From Balanoglossus misakiensis (Eukaryota; Animalia; Hemichordata), in NCBI GenBank assembly GCA_040954595.2, contig CM082581.2, forward strand, positions 4,208,699 to 4,272,698: 64,000 bases of DNA, in the 5' to 3' direction. The translations under genes were made by a program, and so were the position numbers. Shown here piece by piece: positions 26,269-36,800 of this stretch. The notes below the pieces were generated by a model. It did not search any database, was not told where the DNA came from, and saw nothing but the letters and a program-made list of their open reading frames with translations. Numbering within the stretch: the stretch's first letter is position 1; each line of letters starts with the position of its first letter.

Positions 26269-26855
26269 TAAAGCCTTCACAAAGAAGAGAAATAAATAAA
26301 ATGCACACACACAAAAACTGAATTCAAAAGTTAACACAAAATGCAGATAATTAAAATGGTCTTAACAACATATTCAAAAGACACCGACTGCGTGCATCCT
26401 TTGCCAAAAAAACTGGCAAACACTGTGAGTCAGTCAGTCAGTCCATCCAATCCAGAACATGTCTTCATATTTTTACGCATCGCACATACATAATGATTAT
26501 CAAATTAACGGATTGACGGAGAGGTACATGTAGAATATCCCTATGAAAACCCTAACATATTGAATTTCGGAATAAATACCAAGCATGTATTGTATTTAAG
26601 TTAAAGTGACCCTTGGCCCAGTAGTCCCCATTTTGAAAAAAAATAACTCTCTTTGACACAGCTGCCTGTCATTGACACGTACTTACCTGTTGAGTTTTCA
26701 AATGCGATGAGATATATAGTTCCCTTCCGGGTGATTGTGAGGATTTTGCCTCCTCCGGACCGTTTTGTGTCTTTAAAGTACTGCTCCAACGTTGCTTCGT
26801 CCTCACTATAGTTTGAAACTTGTATTATGGCCCCGTCTCTTGCAGCGGTAGCCAT
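10068..26855 (-). CDS. Chimeric PARP14-like RRM/KH (x2) - coiled coil - ZU5-ZU5-UPA - DED protein (~2089 aa, 15 exons)
   Basis: Exons 26687-26855, 25366-25469, 24784-24913, 24303-24554, 22372-23988, 21552-21803, 19656-21236, 15057-15584, 14514-14560, 13362-13652, 12854-13036, 11982-12283, 11275-11743, 10685-10727, 10068-10369. All are GT/AG with matching phases and sum to 6270 nt with no internal stop. The 19656 to 15584 join crosses a 4-kb TE-filled intron and is the least certain link. Confidence 0.7.
11275..13652 (-). CDS. ZU5-ZU5-UPA (PIDD/ankyrin-like) exons of the chimeric gene
   Basis: ZU5a: GFSLEVPPECV...SDVLDF...LKKPV...NGETWEEL...VEVCHFSFF. ZU5b: EGGTFTS...ISIVVPEDAI...FNKPVKLTIPLP...WKDVT...FHTQILSGY. 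A following beta-rich ~155-aa exon is consistent with UPA. Confidence 0.75.
12743..12843. repeat. (ATG)n microsatellite
   Basis: Direct reading; intronic. Confidence 0.95.
13739..14190. mobile_element. Non-autonomous element with a ~190-bp internal palindrome (13739-13930)
   Basis: Arms aacacctat...gagttaccagaatcatatgctatttccc and gggaaatagcatatgattctggtaactc...ataggtgtt surround a GC-rich centre tcggcctgcggcctc. Confidence 0.65.
15057..15584 (-). CDS. Coiled-coil exon (phase 1-1) of the chimeric gene
   Basis: E/K-rich heptads with an internal repeat (MKTEMVVLQGRLRENQEEKE...KEVRKDYEVLAKK / MKFDMKVLEGILRGKEEEK...REVRKDCDVLEKK). Confidence 0.75.
15745..19355 (+). mobile_element. Cluster of tandem or nested non-autonomous DNA elements (Helentron/HINE-like) in an intron
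   Basis: Hairpin 5' ends (gggcccaagc...gcttgggccc), internal degenerate repeats (aattatgtgcat...ctaattccaggctaaccaatagggctagagg, tgacctttgacct), and 3' ends gcttgcagctttaatt at ~17145 and ~18340. Confidence 0.65.
19219..24687. repeat. Intragenic tandem duplication of ~2.7 kb (19219-21935 and 21935-24687) carrying an RRM exon and a large KH-like exon
   Basis: ORFs 19360-21225 and 22076-23977 are nearly identical, as are their introns. The junction is gattaatttataccacc|attaattatgtgcat at ~21935. Confidence 0.95.
19656..26855 (-). CDS. PARP14/PARP10-type N-terminal region: RRM-like repeats and KH-like arrays
   Basis: Three L(EQ/EL)YFxxxxRSGGG RRM signatures (LEQYFKDTKRSGGG, LELYFENKKRSGGG, LELYFENKERSGGG), VLARSHTFKGEDLSV, and KH-like units (IHLTGKTLDVDKAIEKI, VIFTGCQGDLSPAMCEV, IYLEGNPEAIGAAKRRL). 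Confidence 0.75.
26061..26268. repeat. (TTTA)n microsatellite
   Basis: Direct reading. Confidence 0.95.
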
Positions 26856-27213
26856 GTCAATGATTATCAGAGTCGTAGCTGCTATGTTTGGTCGTTCATT
26901 TTTTAGCACGGCAGAGTAGAACGAGCAGGGTCTAGCAGTTTACCTCCAGGCCCAGACATTATCTCCAACCTGAAATGGAGCAGGTCGGAAAACATACATT
27001 AGCACACACAGTCATTTATGGCGGTGGACCCCGCCGTGGACCGTGTGCGACCGATCTCCATAATCCTAACTCTAGGTACCCTAACCCTGAACCCATAAAA
27101 TCGTGAAAATAATGTTATAACTTGCAGCTCATGTGCCTTTAAATAATAAAATCCACCAACCACTTGCGAATGAGCGCCCATTGCTGTTGTCTCAGAATGG
27201 AGCATGGAGCTGT

Positions 27214-30200
27214 CTGATAGTGTGGTATGATGTGTATTCCCGTAGGATTTTTGTGCTAAATTGATTTTTTTGCTGTTTTGGCTTCTATGGGGACCCAACT
27301 ACCCGAAAATGATGGGGTGCAATTTTAAGGGCCCCTCCATCATATTTTTCTGGGGGGGGGGGGTACTTCCGTTTTGTGGTATGATCTGTATTCCCGTAGG
27401 ATTTTTGCGCTAAAATTGATTTTTTTGCTGTTTTGGCTTCAATGGGGACCCAACTACCCAAAAATCATGGGGTGCAATTTTTAGGGCCCCTCCATCAATT
27501 TTTTTCGGGGGGTCTCTTCTGTTTTGGTCACTCGAGGATATTTGTTAACCTATTTACTCATGGGAATTTGGGCTACAATTAATTTGTTTTTGTGGTTTTC
27601 GCTTTGGAGGGGACCCACCTGGCCAAAAATAATCGGGTGCAAATTATAGGGCCCCTCCATCATTTTTTATTTGGGGGGGGCACTTCCATTTTGGCCACTC
27701 CGAACTTGTTTGTTGGCCTATTTACTCTATTATCATGGGAATTTGGGCTACAATTAATTTGTTTTTGTTGTTTTTGCTTTGGAGGGGACCCACCTGGCCA
27801 AAAATTATAGGGTGCAAATTATAGGGCCCCTCCATCATTTTTTATTTGGGGGGGGGCACTTCCATTTTGGCCACTCCGAAGTTGTTTGTTGGCCTATTTA
27901 CTCCCTTCTCATAGAATACTTTGCTAAAAATATTATTCTTTGATGTTTTGGTTTCAATGGGGCTCCACCAGAACTAAAATGATGGGGTTCAAATTGTTTG
28001 AACCTTCCATCATGTCTGGGGGGGGGGGGGTAATCATTTCTGTTTTGGCCACCCTGAAGATACTTGTTCACCTGTTTACTATACGGTTAGTATTGTCGTG
28101 GTATTTCTGGCAATTTGGTTTGCTCATTTGGCTTGAATGCAGACTGACTGCCGAAAAGTTATGGTGTGCAAAATGTTGGACCCCTTTACCACATTTTTGG
28201 TGGTGGTGGGGGGGGTCTCTATATTTGTTTTCGCCAACCCGTTGTAACAGTTGTTTTTTACTCGTAGATTTTTTCGTTTATTCTAAATTTAGTATACTAA
28301 AGTAAATTAAAACTCCTTTATATATAATAAAGTACATAATGTGTATTTTAGTTTATTTTCCGAGCTACAGTCCCATCTCATAAAATGAACCCTTGAGGCA
28401 CCCTCCCTACCATGGAAGGTGCAATAAACAACCCAAGAAGCATAACGATTCTTCTGATATCTTGGTATTCTCAATCATCATTTTCACAAAAACCAGTACT
28501 GTTTGATCTACTCATCGTCAGTGTCGTTATCTTCAAGAACATTTCCCCTTAATTGGTTTTCAGTCTCCACCATAGCATTTGCAGAGGGGAGTACATGGTA
28601 AATCATTCTTTGAGCAACTGCAACGTCCCCTACAGGCTACAACCTGCTTTGCAGCCACATTTGATAAGCTCTAGTACTGCCTTTGGTGCAGGGAGAGCAA
28701 GACATTTTACTGGATAAAACACGCCATTCTCCGATTTCCACCCATTCTTTTCGAGTGGTGGAAGTTCAGGACAATTTGTTGTGTATGATTTATCCCTCAT
28801 TGTGATGAAGGGGTGGCACCCTTTTCACAGATCACGCAAATCTTGTTTTTATCTGACATATTAATTCTGTAGTTTATTGCAAAATGTTCAAATAGCTATC
28901 GATCTGGAATGTAAAACGCGGCTTGCGGTGCTAAGAAAATAGCCATTATGTATTTAGTAATAAAACTGAGATGTAGTTCACAGACTTGTTTTATTTTCAG
29001 TAGTATTGAGCTACAAAATGAGCCAAATTTGATATTGTTAATGTTTACCAAAACAAGTTTTAGAAGTAAGACATAATTCAAGGGCCTTTTACAGCACTAT
29101 TAGGCTATTGGCATGAAAATTTTGAAAATACTACTTTAAAATAGACAATACTTCAACTGATATGTACTTCACAGGCTTTATTTACGACAGTATTTAACTT
29201 TGAAATGAGTTCAACTGAATATCGTTTTAATACCCCCCCCCCCAAAAAAAGTGTTGAACTAAACGTACTTCAGAGTTTTTGCACAGACTGATATCGGGGA
29301 GAATTTTAGTACAATGGTAAATATCTCAGACATTGATTGTGCTACGAAAGAATAAACAACTCTTAAAGAAAAAGTTCACATCTACATAGACTTTCACTAA
29401 TTGCCCCGGGAAAGAGAATAAAGAGTAACCCTAATATATTATACTATTTGGTATAGCCTAGTATACTATACTTTTGTAAACCATAGAAAACATGAGTGTG
29501 GTGATGAGTTGGGTGACGGTCCAAGGTGAGGGGAGGTATATTATGGAGGGGAGGTATATTACACATGTAGTTCAAATCAGAGAGATATTTGTGGTTGATT
29601 TGTAAGTGTCATAATTCAATTAAGTATATTTATAAAACTAAGATAGCGCAGTAGTATATGTGACAACTAATAGAAATGTAGGTAACTGATATGTTTACCC
29701 CATAAACCGTCTAATATTTGAGATTCCCAAAATGTGGAGAGGCCGTAAAATTTGACCTCCCTCATTTTTGAGCAGTTAGGTCCCCATAGAAGTTTAAAAA
29801 AAAGAAATTGGAAGAAATCCTTTACAAATACACATGTCACACTATGAAGGTTAGATCAATGAACAAATATCTCCAGGGCTGCTAAAACTAAAGTGACCCC
29901 CCCCCCGCAAGAAAATGTGATGGAGGGGTCCAACAAATTGATTTCCATCATTTTGGGGATGTTTATTCATCATTGAAACCAAAACAGCAAACAAAACAAA
30001 TAACTATTAGCAAAAACTCGTACGAGAATACACGAAATAGGTGAACAAATACCGTTAAGATTGTCGAAATGGAAGTGCCCCCCCCCCACAAATGTAATAG
30101 AGGGGCCCTAACATTTGCATACGATCTTTTGTGACCAGGTGGGTCCTCATTTAAGTCAAAACAGCCAAAAAAAATATTTAGCAGAAAATTCTACAAAAAT

Positions 30201-30563
30201 GGAGTAGATAGGTGAATAAATATCTTCGGGGTGGCCAAAACAGGAGTGACCCCCCCAGAAAAATATGATGGAGGGGCCCTAAAAATTGCACCCCATCATT
30301 TTCGGGTAGTTGGGTCCCCATTGAAGCCAAAACAGCAAAAAAATCAATTTTAGCACAAAAATCATACGGGAATACACATCATACCACAAAACGGAAGTAC
30401 CCCCCCCCCCCCCAGAAAAATATGATGGAGGGGCCCTTAAAATTGCACCCCATCATTTTCGGGTAGTTGGGTCCCCATAGAAGCCAAAACAGCAAAAAAA
30501 TCAATTTTAGCACAAAAATCCTACGGGAGCTGTTTTTCTTGACATACCATACCGCACTATGAG
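27214..30563. mobile_element. Foldback-type DNA transposon derivative with long inverted arms of ~155-bp tandem subunits and an internal CXC ORF remnant
   Basis: Left-arm subunits (tcccgtaggatttttgtgctaaa...ggggacccaactacccgaaaatgatggggtgcaatttt...) at 27.2-28.2 kb are mirrored at 29.7-30.5 kb (...tttagcacaaaaatcctacggga). Exact ends are uncertain. Confidence 0.8.
28560..28800 (-). pseudogene. Frameshifted tesmin/TSO1-like CXC C-terminal fragment of a transposon ORF
   Basis: PELPPLEKNGW...PAPKAVLELIKCGCKAGC, then a frameshift, then GRCSCSKNDLPCTPLCKC. Confidence 0.65.
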
Positions 30564-30727
30564 GCTGGAGGTACGCTGCCGGATATGAGTAGAACTGTTG
30601 CACCACCAAGATGCTAAATACTGCAACTATTTTGGTTAAGGCTATCTATAAACACGATTCATACAGCACTTACTGTATCACCTTAGAGCTGAAAAGATGG
30701 CTGCATATACGTAAACCTGTGATTAAA

Positions 30728-30784
30728 GGGATTTCTACGAATTTAGACGGGGAAAAACCCCGGGGAAAACCCGACATGACGTAA
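30728..30784. promoter_or_regulatory. Cluster of kB/Rel-like sites and a CRE/ATF-like site; putative promoter of the chimeric gene
   Basis: GGGATTTCT (30728), GGGGAAAAACCCC (30749), GGGGAAAACCC (30762) and TGACGTAA (30777). A minus-strand GTAAGT donor at 30668-30673 suggests a short non-coding first exon. Confidence 0.45.
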
Positions 30785-30920
30785 GTTGCATCTCCCTCCG
30801 ATGCTGATTGTTAATTTCGTACAGTAGCAGTCTAATTAAATGCCTGATTGTGTTTACAATGACCGACTGATTGTATTTGCTCTACCACACGTTGTGTGTT
30901 CCTGTGGAATAAGGTTATTA

Positions 30921-31432
30921 TTAAAGGCACGTAAGCTGCAACTGGATAAAAAATCAATGTTTTAAATAATCTCATATATGCTTTTAATTATATCTATTAA
31001 ATGCTATTTCATGATAATATATCAAGCTCAACACTTATTTATGACAAAATGGCCAAAAATTAAAAAAAAACGAAAATTCCTGAAATTTTTTAAAAAGTGC
31101 AATATTGCAGTGAAAAATGAAAATCTGATGTCTCAGTGGTGTACATTTACTTCCATGAGCTCAAGTGGATGAGATCATGTTTTGTTTATGAAGTTTCACA
31201 ACCGGAAATGCGACATTTTCATTGTTTCTTTCATTTTCCCACGGTGGCGGCCATAATCGCTTGCGGCAAAGCTTTATTATTTATCTGGTTAAAACTTGCA
31301 TATGCACTCATATTTAGGGTTTATAATGCTTGTGTATAGTTCACTGCCTTCATCTGCATGGACTAATGGTAGTGCAGTGTGAAACAAAAATTATGAAAAT
31401 TATCCCAAAAGTTACAGCTTACGTGCCTTTAA
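30921..31432. mobile_element. Kolobok-like MITE with TTAA target-site duplication
   Basis: ttaa-aggcacgtaagctgcaact ... agttacagcttacgtgcct-ttaa. An orphan right end of the same family lies at ~27120-27142. Confidence 0.8.
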
Positions 31433-31741
31433 TACGAGAAAAGTGACGATGAACTTAGCCCGGAGACACAGGCGTTGATCTAGAATCTAGAATACAACGC
31501 CCGGGGACAGTGGAGTAACTTCCTGCTGAGCTGAAAGATAGTAGCCCTGGCAACGATCAGGGTCGCTTAGTAACGAATGGATAACGAGTGATCTATCAAA
31601 TGTTGACGGGCGCCAGTGGTTGGATGATATAATTAACAAAGAAATAGAGAAATCACGAAAATATGACGTAAAATGGTATTTTTGAAAACTTTAGGTGACT
31701 TACCCGCCAGCACGGTCTTTTCTAGTAACCGTGTCCGCCAG

Positions 31742-33056
31742 TTATAATTGTCGGGGACAAAACATCCCCAACTCGTGCGAGAACTATGATCCCCGTATGA
31801 TCACAGGTTCTTGGGAGTACGAGATGTTATCACAGTTCCTATTGTTAGATTTGCATCAATCTGAATAATATATATATATATAAATAGGCGTTGTCTTTGC
31901 CTTTACTTGATCTCCGCTGTTCGCGTTTTCTTAAAGAGAGAGACGACAGAAACAGAACACGAACAGCAAAGACCATACAGGTAAAGACGCCGACTATCTC
32001 AACAGCTGATTTTCATCGGATTGAGTACCCAGTAAATCAAAGCGGCGCAGACAAAGTAGGGACGCGGCAACATTAAAAGTTCAGTAAAGACTTTTGCATT
32101 AAACCGTGGCGATCTATATCTTGGTAAGAAAGGAGTTCAGTTCCAGAATTCTAGGAGTGCGGTCGTTTCGCTGATCCAGCCGTGACTGCAGGCTTGACCT
32201 GTATGTCCACGGCTGGCCATTCTAAATAAAGTCATCGGCGTTTAAATTTACACTCCGTACGTGTTCCCGTCTCTTCATCAACCATCATCACCCTCACCCG
32301 ACATCACCCGAGAACGTGTTCTACCCCACAATTGGGAGACATGACATGTCTCCAAATTGTGGGGTAATACACGTTCTCGAGTGAAGGTGATGATGGTTGA
32401 TGAAGAGACGGGAACACGTACGGAGTGTAAATTTAAACGCCGATGACTTTATTTAGAATGGCCAGCCGTGGACATACAGGTCAAGCCTGCAGTCACGGCT
32501 GGATCAGCGAAACGACCGCACTCCTAGAATTCTGGAACTGAACTCCTTTCTTACCAAGATACAGAATCATTTTTAAACACATCAAACTGCCCGCGTGGGG
32601 TCTTTACAAAACACTATTGTTCTTCGCCTAAGCTGTGAACGCCGGTAGTCAAAATGTAAATTAGTTACAGCTAGCCACCAGTACGTAAAATTCTTTATGT
32701 GAGTGTGAATTGGTGATTTCGGATGGAATTTCTGGCGTCCCCGCAGCCCCTAACAACGTCATATTGGTGTCATGACATCGTCCTCACCCCACTGGACCGG
32801 GTCTATTTTTAAAGCCAGACTTTGCGGGTCTCGAATCTGGGTCGCCTTTTGAATCGTATCGTGCAACAGTACAATGCTCGGCGAAAAGAGATTTCAGAAG
32901 CGGGTCAAGAGACTTGTTCAGACAAATTCCTGCGTTTTCGCTTGAAAGCTGGTACAGATTCAGGCAGAGGGGTTACAGACATCTACAAAAATGCCCCAGT
33001 GTACACCCCAGCAACTATCAACTAGCGCTGCAACAACGATTGTGCTTTTTTACCCA
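31742..33056 (+). repeat. Segmental duplicate, copy B (homologous to 6062-6966), interrupted by a palindrome
   Basis: Same shared strings as copy A. Minus-strand donor GTAAGT at ~31698-31703. Confidence 0.9.
32117..32561. mobile_element. ~445-bp near-perfect palindrome (foldback MITE, possible TA TSD)
   Basis: tatcttggtaagaaaggagttcagttcc... is mirrored by ...ggaactgaactcctttcttaccaagata; centre at ~32344. Confidence 0.85.
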
Positions 33057-33745
33057 CTCTGTAGGCAACATGAAAGAATAATATAAGTCAACATTTTCAT
33101 ATACACTGCCTGAATGCGTTCATTTGTGTTTAGCACAGTTAGCCATATTTCTAATGGACCGGGAAACATTTTCACTCGTTTCCCACTCTTGAGTAAATCA
33201 GTGACAGTAAAGCTAAATGTTATGCATTTTGGGAGTGGACGGACAACTCTGCTGAAATCTATTGCTTTGAGCATGATAAAGAAAAGAAGTCAAATTGGAT
33301 ATCACGGGTCCGAGTCAGACATGATATGCATGAGAAAACTTAAGTTTTTTACGCTATATTCTGCACTTAGTCAATGATTTCAATTGTAAATAAATCCGTT
33401 TACCATAATTCTAATGAATAGAACCTGAATCAATTATTTCGTTTGGTTTGCTTCTGAAAACAGTTTTCTTCAATATGTACATGTATAACCACAGACAATT
33501 TGTCTGTGGTATAACCAAGCGATCTTTTCTCAATTTAGGGTCATTTTGGAAATTAGTGTTGTGTTATCATTGGGCAAAGTGAGTTAGGCTGAAAATCGTA
33601 TTTGCTAAGTTTTGATTTATGGTATTACTACATATGTACTGTCGATTACTTGCCCGAGCGCGCGTAAATGTGGAAACCGATTGGTCCGGACATTAAGCAA
33701 TTGCTTTAGCTAACTATAGAGGGCGCCCACATGTACCAGAAGGCT

Positions 33746-33838
33746 CTAATTCCTTCACCACCAGTTCCCTCTTTAGAGCTCCAACCTTACCATAGAAAAC
33801 AATGGGTTTCGACTGAACCATGGTGGTGAAAGGGTTAA
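33746..33838 (+). mobile_element. ~90-bp piggyBac-like MITE (family also at 57002-57094 and 60414-60505)
   Basis: Shared core ccaac(c/t)ttaccat..aaaacaatgg...aaccat.gtggtgaaagggttaa. Confidence 0.7.
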
Positions 33839-36800
33839 AACATAAAGGATAGATTACTTTTTTTGTAACATGCAGTTACATAAATTACTGTGACATCAAC
33901 AGCATTACAAACCAAATTTTAAAAACTCAAAAATTGAAAAATACACACAAAAAACATATATGTGTAACAACACTTCTGAAATTTTTATTTCATCAAAAAA
34001 AAAAACGGAACATGCAGTGTAACAATACAGAATACATGTATATCTCAACATCCAGGAACTTTGAAAAAATCTTGCTAATACTAATATCTCACCAAATGAG
34101 CTGTTTTTCATGTGTTTTAATTCTCACAGAAAGTAGAAGCCTTTAGAATGACAATGGATGAAGAACAGGAAAACTGTCATACATGTGGCTGAAAAGAGTT
34201 TGTACACAAAAATGTACAGAAAAGCATTTTGTTTAACTCTTATGAGAAAACTTTGGCAAAATGACAAATAAGGGTTATCAGTGATCTATCAAATGTTTTC
34301 AGCTAATAAAACAACAACTATTTGCACACTTTCCAAGAAGTGCCAGTCCCAGCAAATTAACAACAAAAACCACAAAAGTTTGTGTTCTAAGAAGCACTAT
34401 AAAAGAAGTACCTACAGTAATGTGACAGGATATTTCACTCAAAACAAAAGTGCACTGATAAAAAACAATAATGTTTACAGTGAATATACATCATAATTTC
34501 ACAAAGATTTCGATTGAGCTAATGATTGGAAACAACCCTGTACTGAAGAGTTCATCAAAACTCTCTCCCATGTAAAAACACCAACACTTCAAAACAAATG
34601 AACACCAATCAAGTAAAAGATGTAATGATAGTTTGGGTAATAGACAAAGTGTGTAATGCAGGGTATGTATTCAAAACACCAAAATCACTCATTGTTAATA
34701 CTGTGTCTATCTGAACCTATCCATCTGACAGAAAAAATGAAATCAGTATTAAGTAACAAAAATATGGCATATCTATATTTGCATAGGTAAGAGTCATCTA
34801 TGAGAATAAATGCTGCGATTTCGAATGCATTGCTGCTGGTGTTATTACCTGATTGAACAAGCTATGTGACAGGAATGCTATATGTCGATACCATGGCAAC
34901 TGCTTCCTACAGATTACAGAATCATGAGCCATACTGAAAATTCAAACATAGAATGAACAGCCTGGCTGAGAATATGTTTGCATTGTCAGTTGCGTTGATG
35001 TGTTCTTAATGTTCGCGTGTCATACACAAACACAGTAATACCACTTGTACAATGTTCAGGATAAATGATTTACGAGAAATGTCACATTGTTGTGCATGTC
35101 ATTTTCCTGCAGAAATAAAGTCACAATGACTGCGTACACTCAAAAGTGCCACATGAACAACCCAAGTGGTCTGCAGCATAACGAAATAAGTTATAAATCA
35201 CACAAAAGTTGTAAATTATGCAAACATGTTTTGTAAGTTAACTATGAAACATGTCAAAATAACATTTACATGAGATGTTAAATACAACTAAACTTTACTG
35301 AAGGAAAGGCCAACACTCATTATTTATCATCTCATATACTTAAGCTTGTGCTTCTACATCAACTTCCTAACTAAAGTAAAAAGTCACAAAAATAATCTCT
35401 TCTAAACCTTTGCCTATATTTTCTTGAATATATAAAGTAAGATGTGATAAACTACTTCCAATCTAAAATGCACTACTTTGAGGCATTGGTGTAAACTTAA
35501 AATTTAATCTGATGGCAAACTCTCAAACACTTTAAAACTTTGATAAAAACTGAATACTATGAACACCACTGTAAAACATCAGCATTCAGGGACACAATAC
35601 AAAAGGACGTTAAAAAACTAAGACGAGACACAACTATTAAAAAGTATGAGTATAAAAACTGTCAAGTCATGTCAGAATAGTGTTTTCAGTGTTTGAAATA
35701 TGACTGAAAAAGTCAACATTGTACATTGTCAGAAACGAAGAAAATGTTTTCCTTAACTGTACTTAATCCAATGCTTCATGTCTGATCATGATGATGTTCT
35801 GATCTGTTTTTAAAAATTTGTTCAACTCAGTGTAGGGTCTGATTTTCACTATATTCCCTGTCAAATAATGGTTGAATTAATACCAAACGGTTGTCAAGAG
35901 TTGGTTATTCACGCAAAACAAAGTTGTCTCATATACATGTACTGCCTGTGACCAAATGTTGGATTGGCTGAGAGACAGTAACCTAAGGAGTCCAGAGTGC
36001 ACCTAGGTAGTCAGATGGTTACCACCCCTTTTCACTGCCAGACTTCTGATTGGTTTGTCCAACAATAAATATTCAAAAAAGTCTCTCTGTCAAAACTGGC
36101 TTGATCACAGTGCACATGTCAAATGTTTGATCTTCAGAAAATGAGTTGATATGGGACAGCTGTGTTATAAACAGGATCTGCACTTATTTTGTACAACACA
36201 AATTTGTATTATTTTCAATTGTGAGACAAAATTCTGCATTCTGCACCCATATCAACACTCTTGTATGACTGCGTTGCATGCTAACTGATTACAGATTTTG
36301 TGGAAAACTGGATAAATGTTGACTTGACAATGACTTGAAAATGATAGTGAGATATTTCAGAGTTGATTTTTGGTCCCCGAGTCATTTTCCACACTATTGC
36401 ACTAATGCAGTCATAACTCATATGTGCAATGCAAATCAAAAAGTACAGTAAGCAACAAATATTTTCATCATAATTTCTGACTATCCTTACGAGGCAAAAT
36501 ATCATTTCCTGGCAATGATTCAGAATGTTTTACTTTCATTCATAATAGCTTTCCACATAATTGTCAGTTTTGCACACTTATGATAAAATTAGCACTTGAT
36601 TTCATTAACAATATGAACTCAAACTCATAGCTGACATAAAGTATTTTGCATATTCTTCATGATGGGTCTATATGGCACATTTCACTATCACAAATATAAA
36701 TAAAGGTTATAAGAATAAATCTGTAACTGTAACAAACCCTTGTTAATAAAATATACTCTTCTGCCATTGGTGACACACAAAACCTAGCTTCAAATTTTTT

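Noticed and set aside
26052-26321. FIYL-repeat ORFs
   Set aside because: These come from the (TTTA)n microsatellite.
19656-26855. Calling this a bona fide PARP14 gene
   Set aside because: No macrodomain, WWE or ART catalytic exons were found downstream in the window; only the N-terminal modules are present.
27221-28260. Regularly spaced repeats resembling a CRISPR array
   Set aside because: The whole ~155-bp unit repeats with no unique spacers, it is mirrored at 29.7-30.5 kb, the context is eukaryotic, and there are no cas genes.
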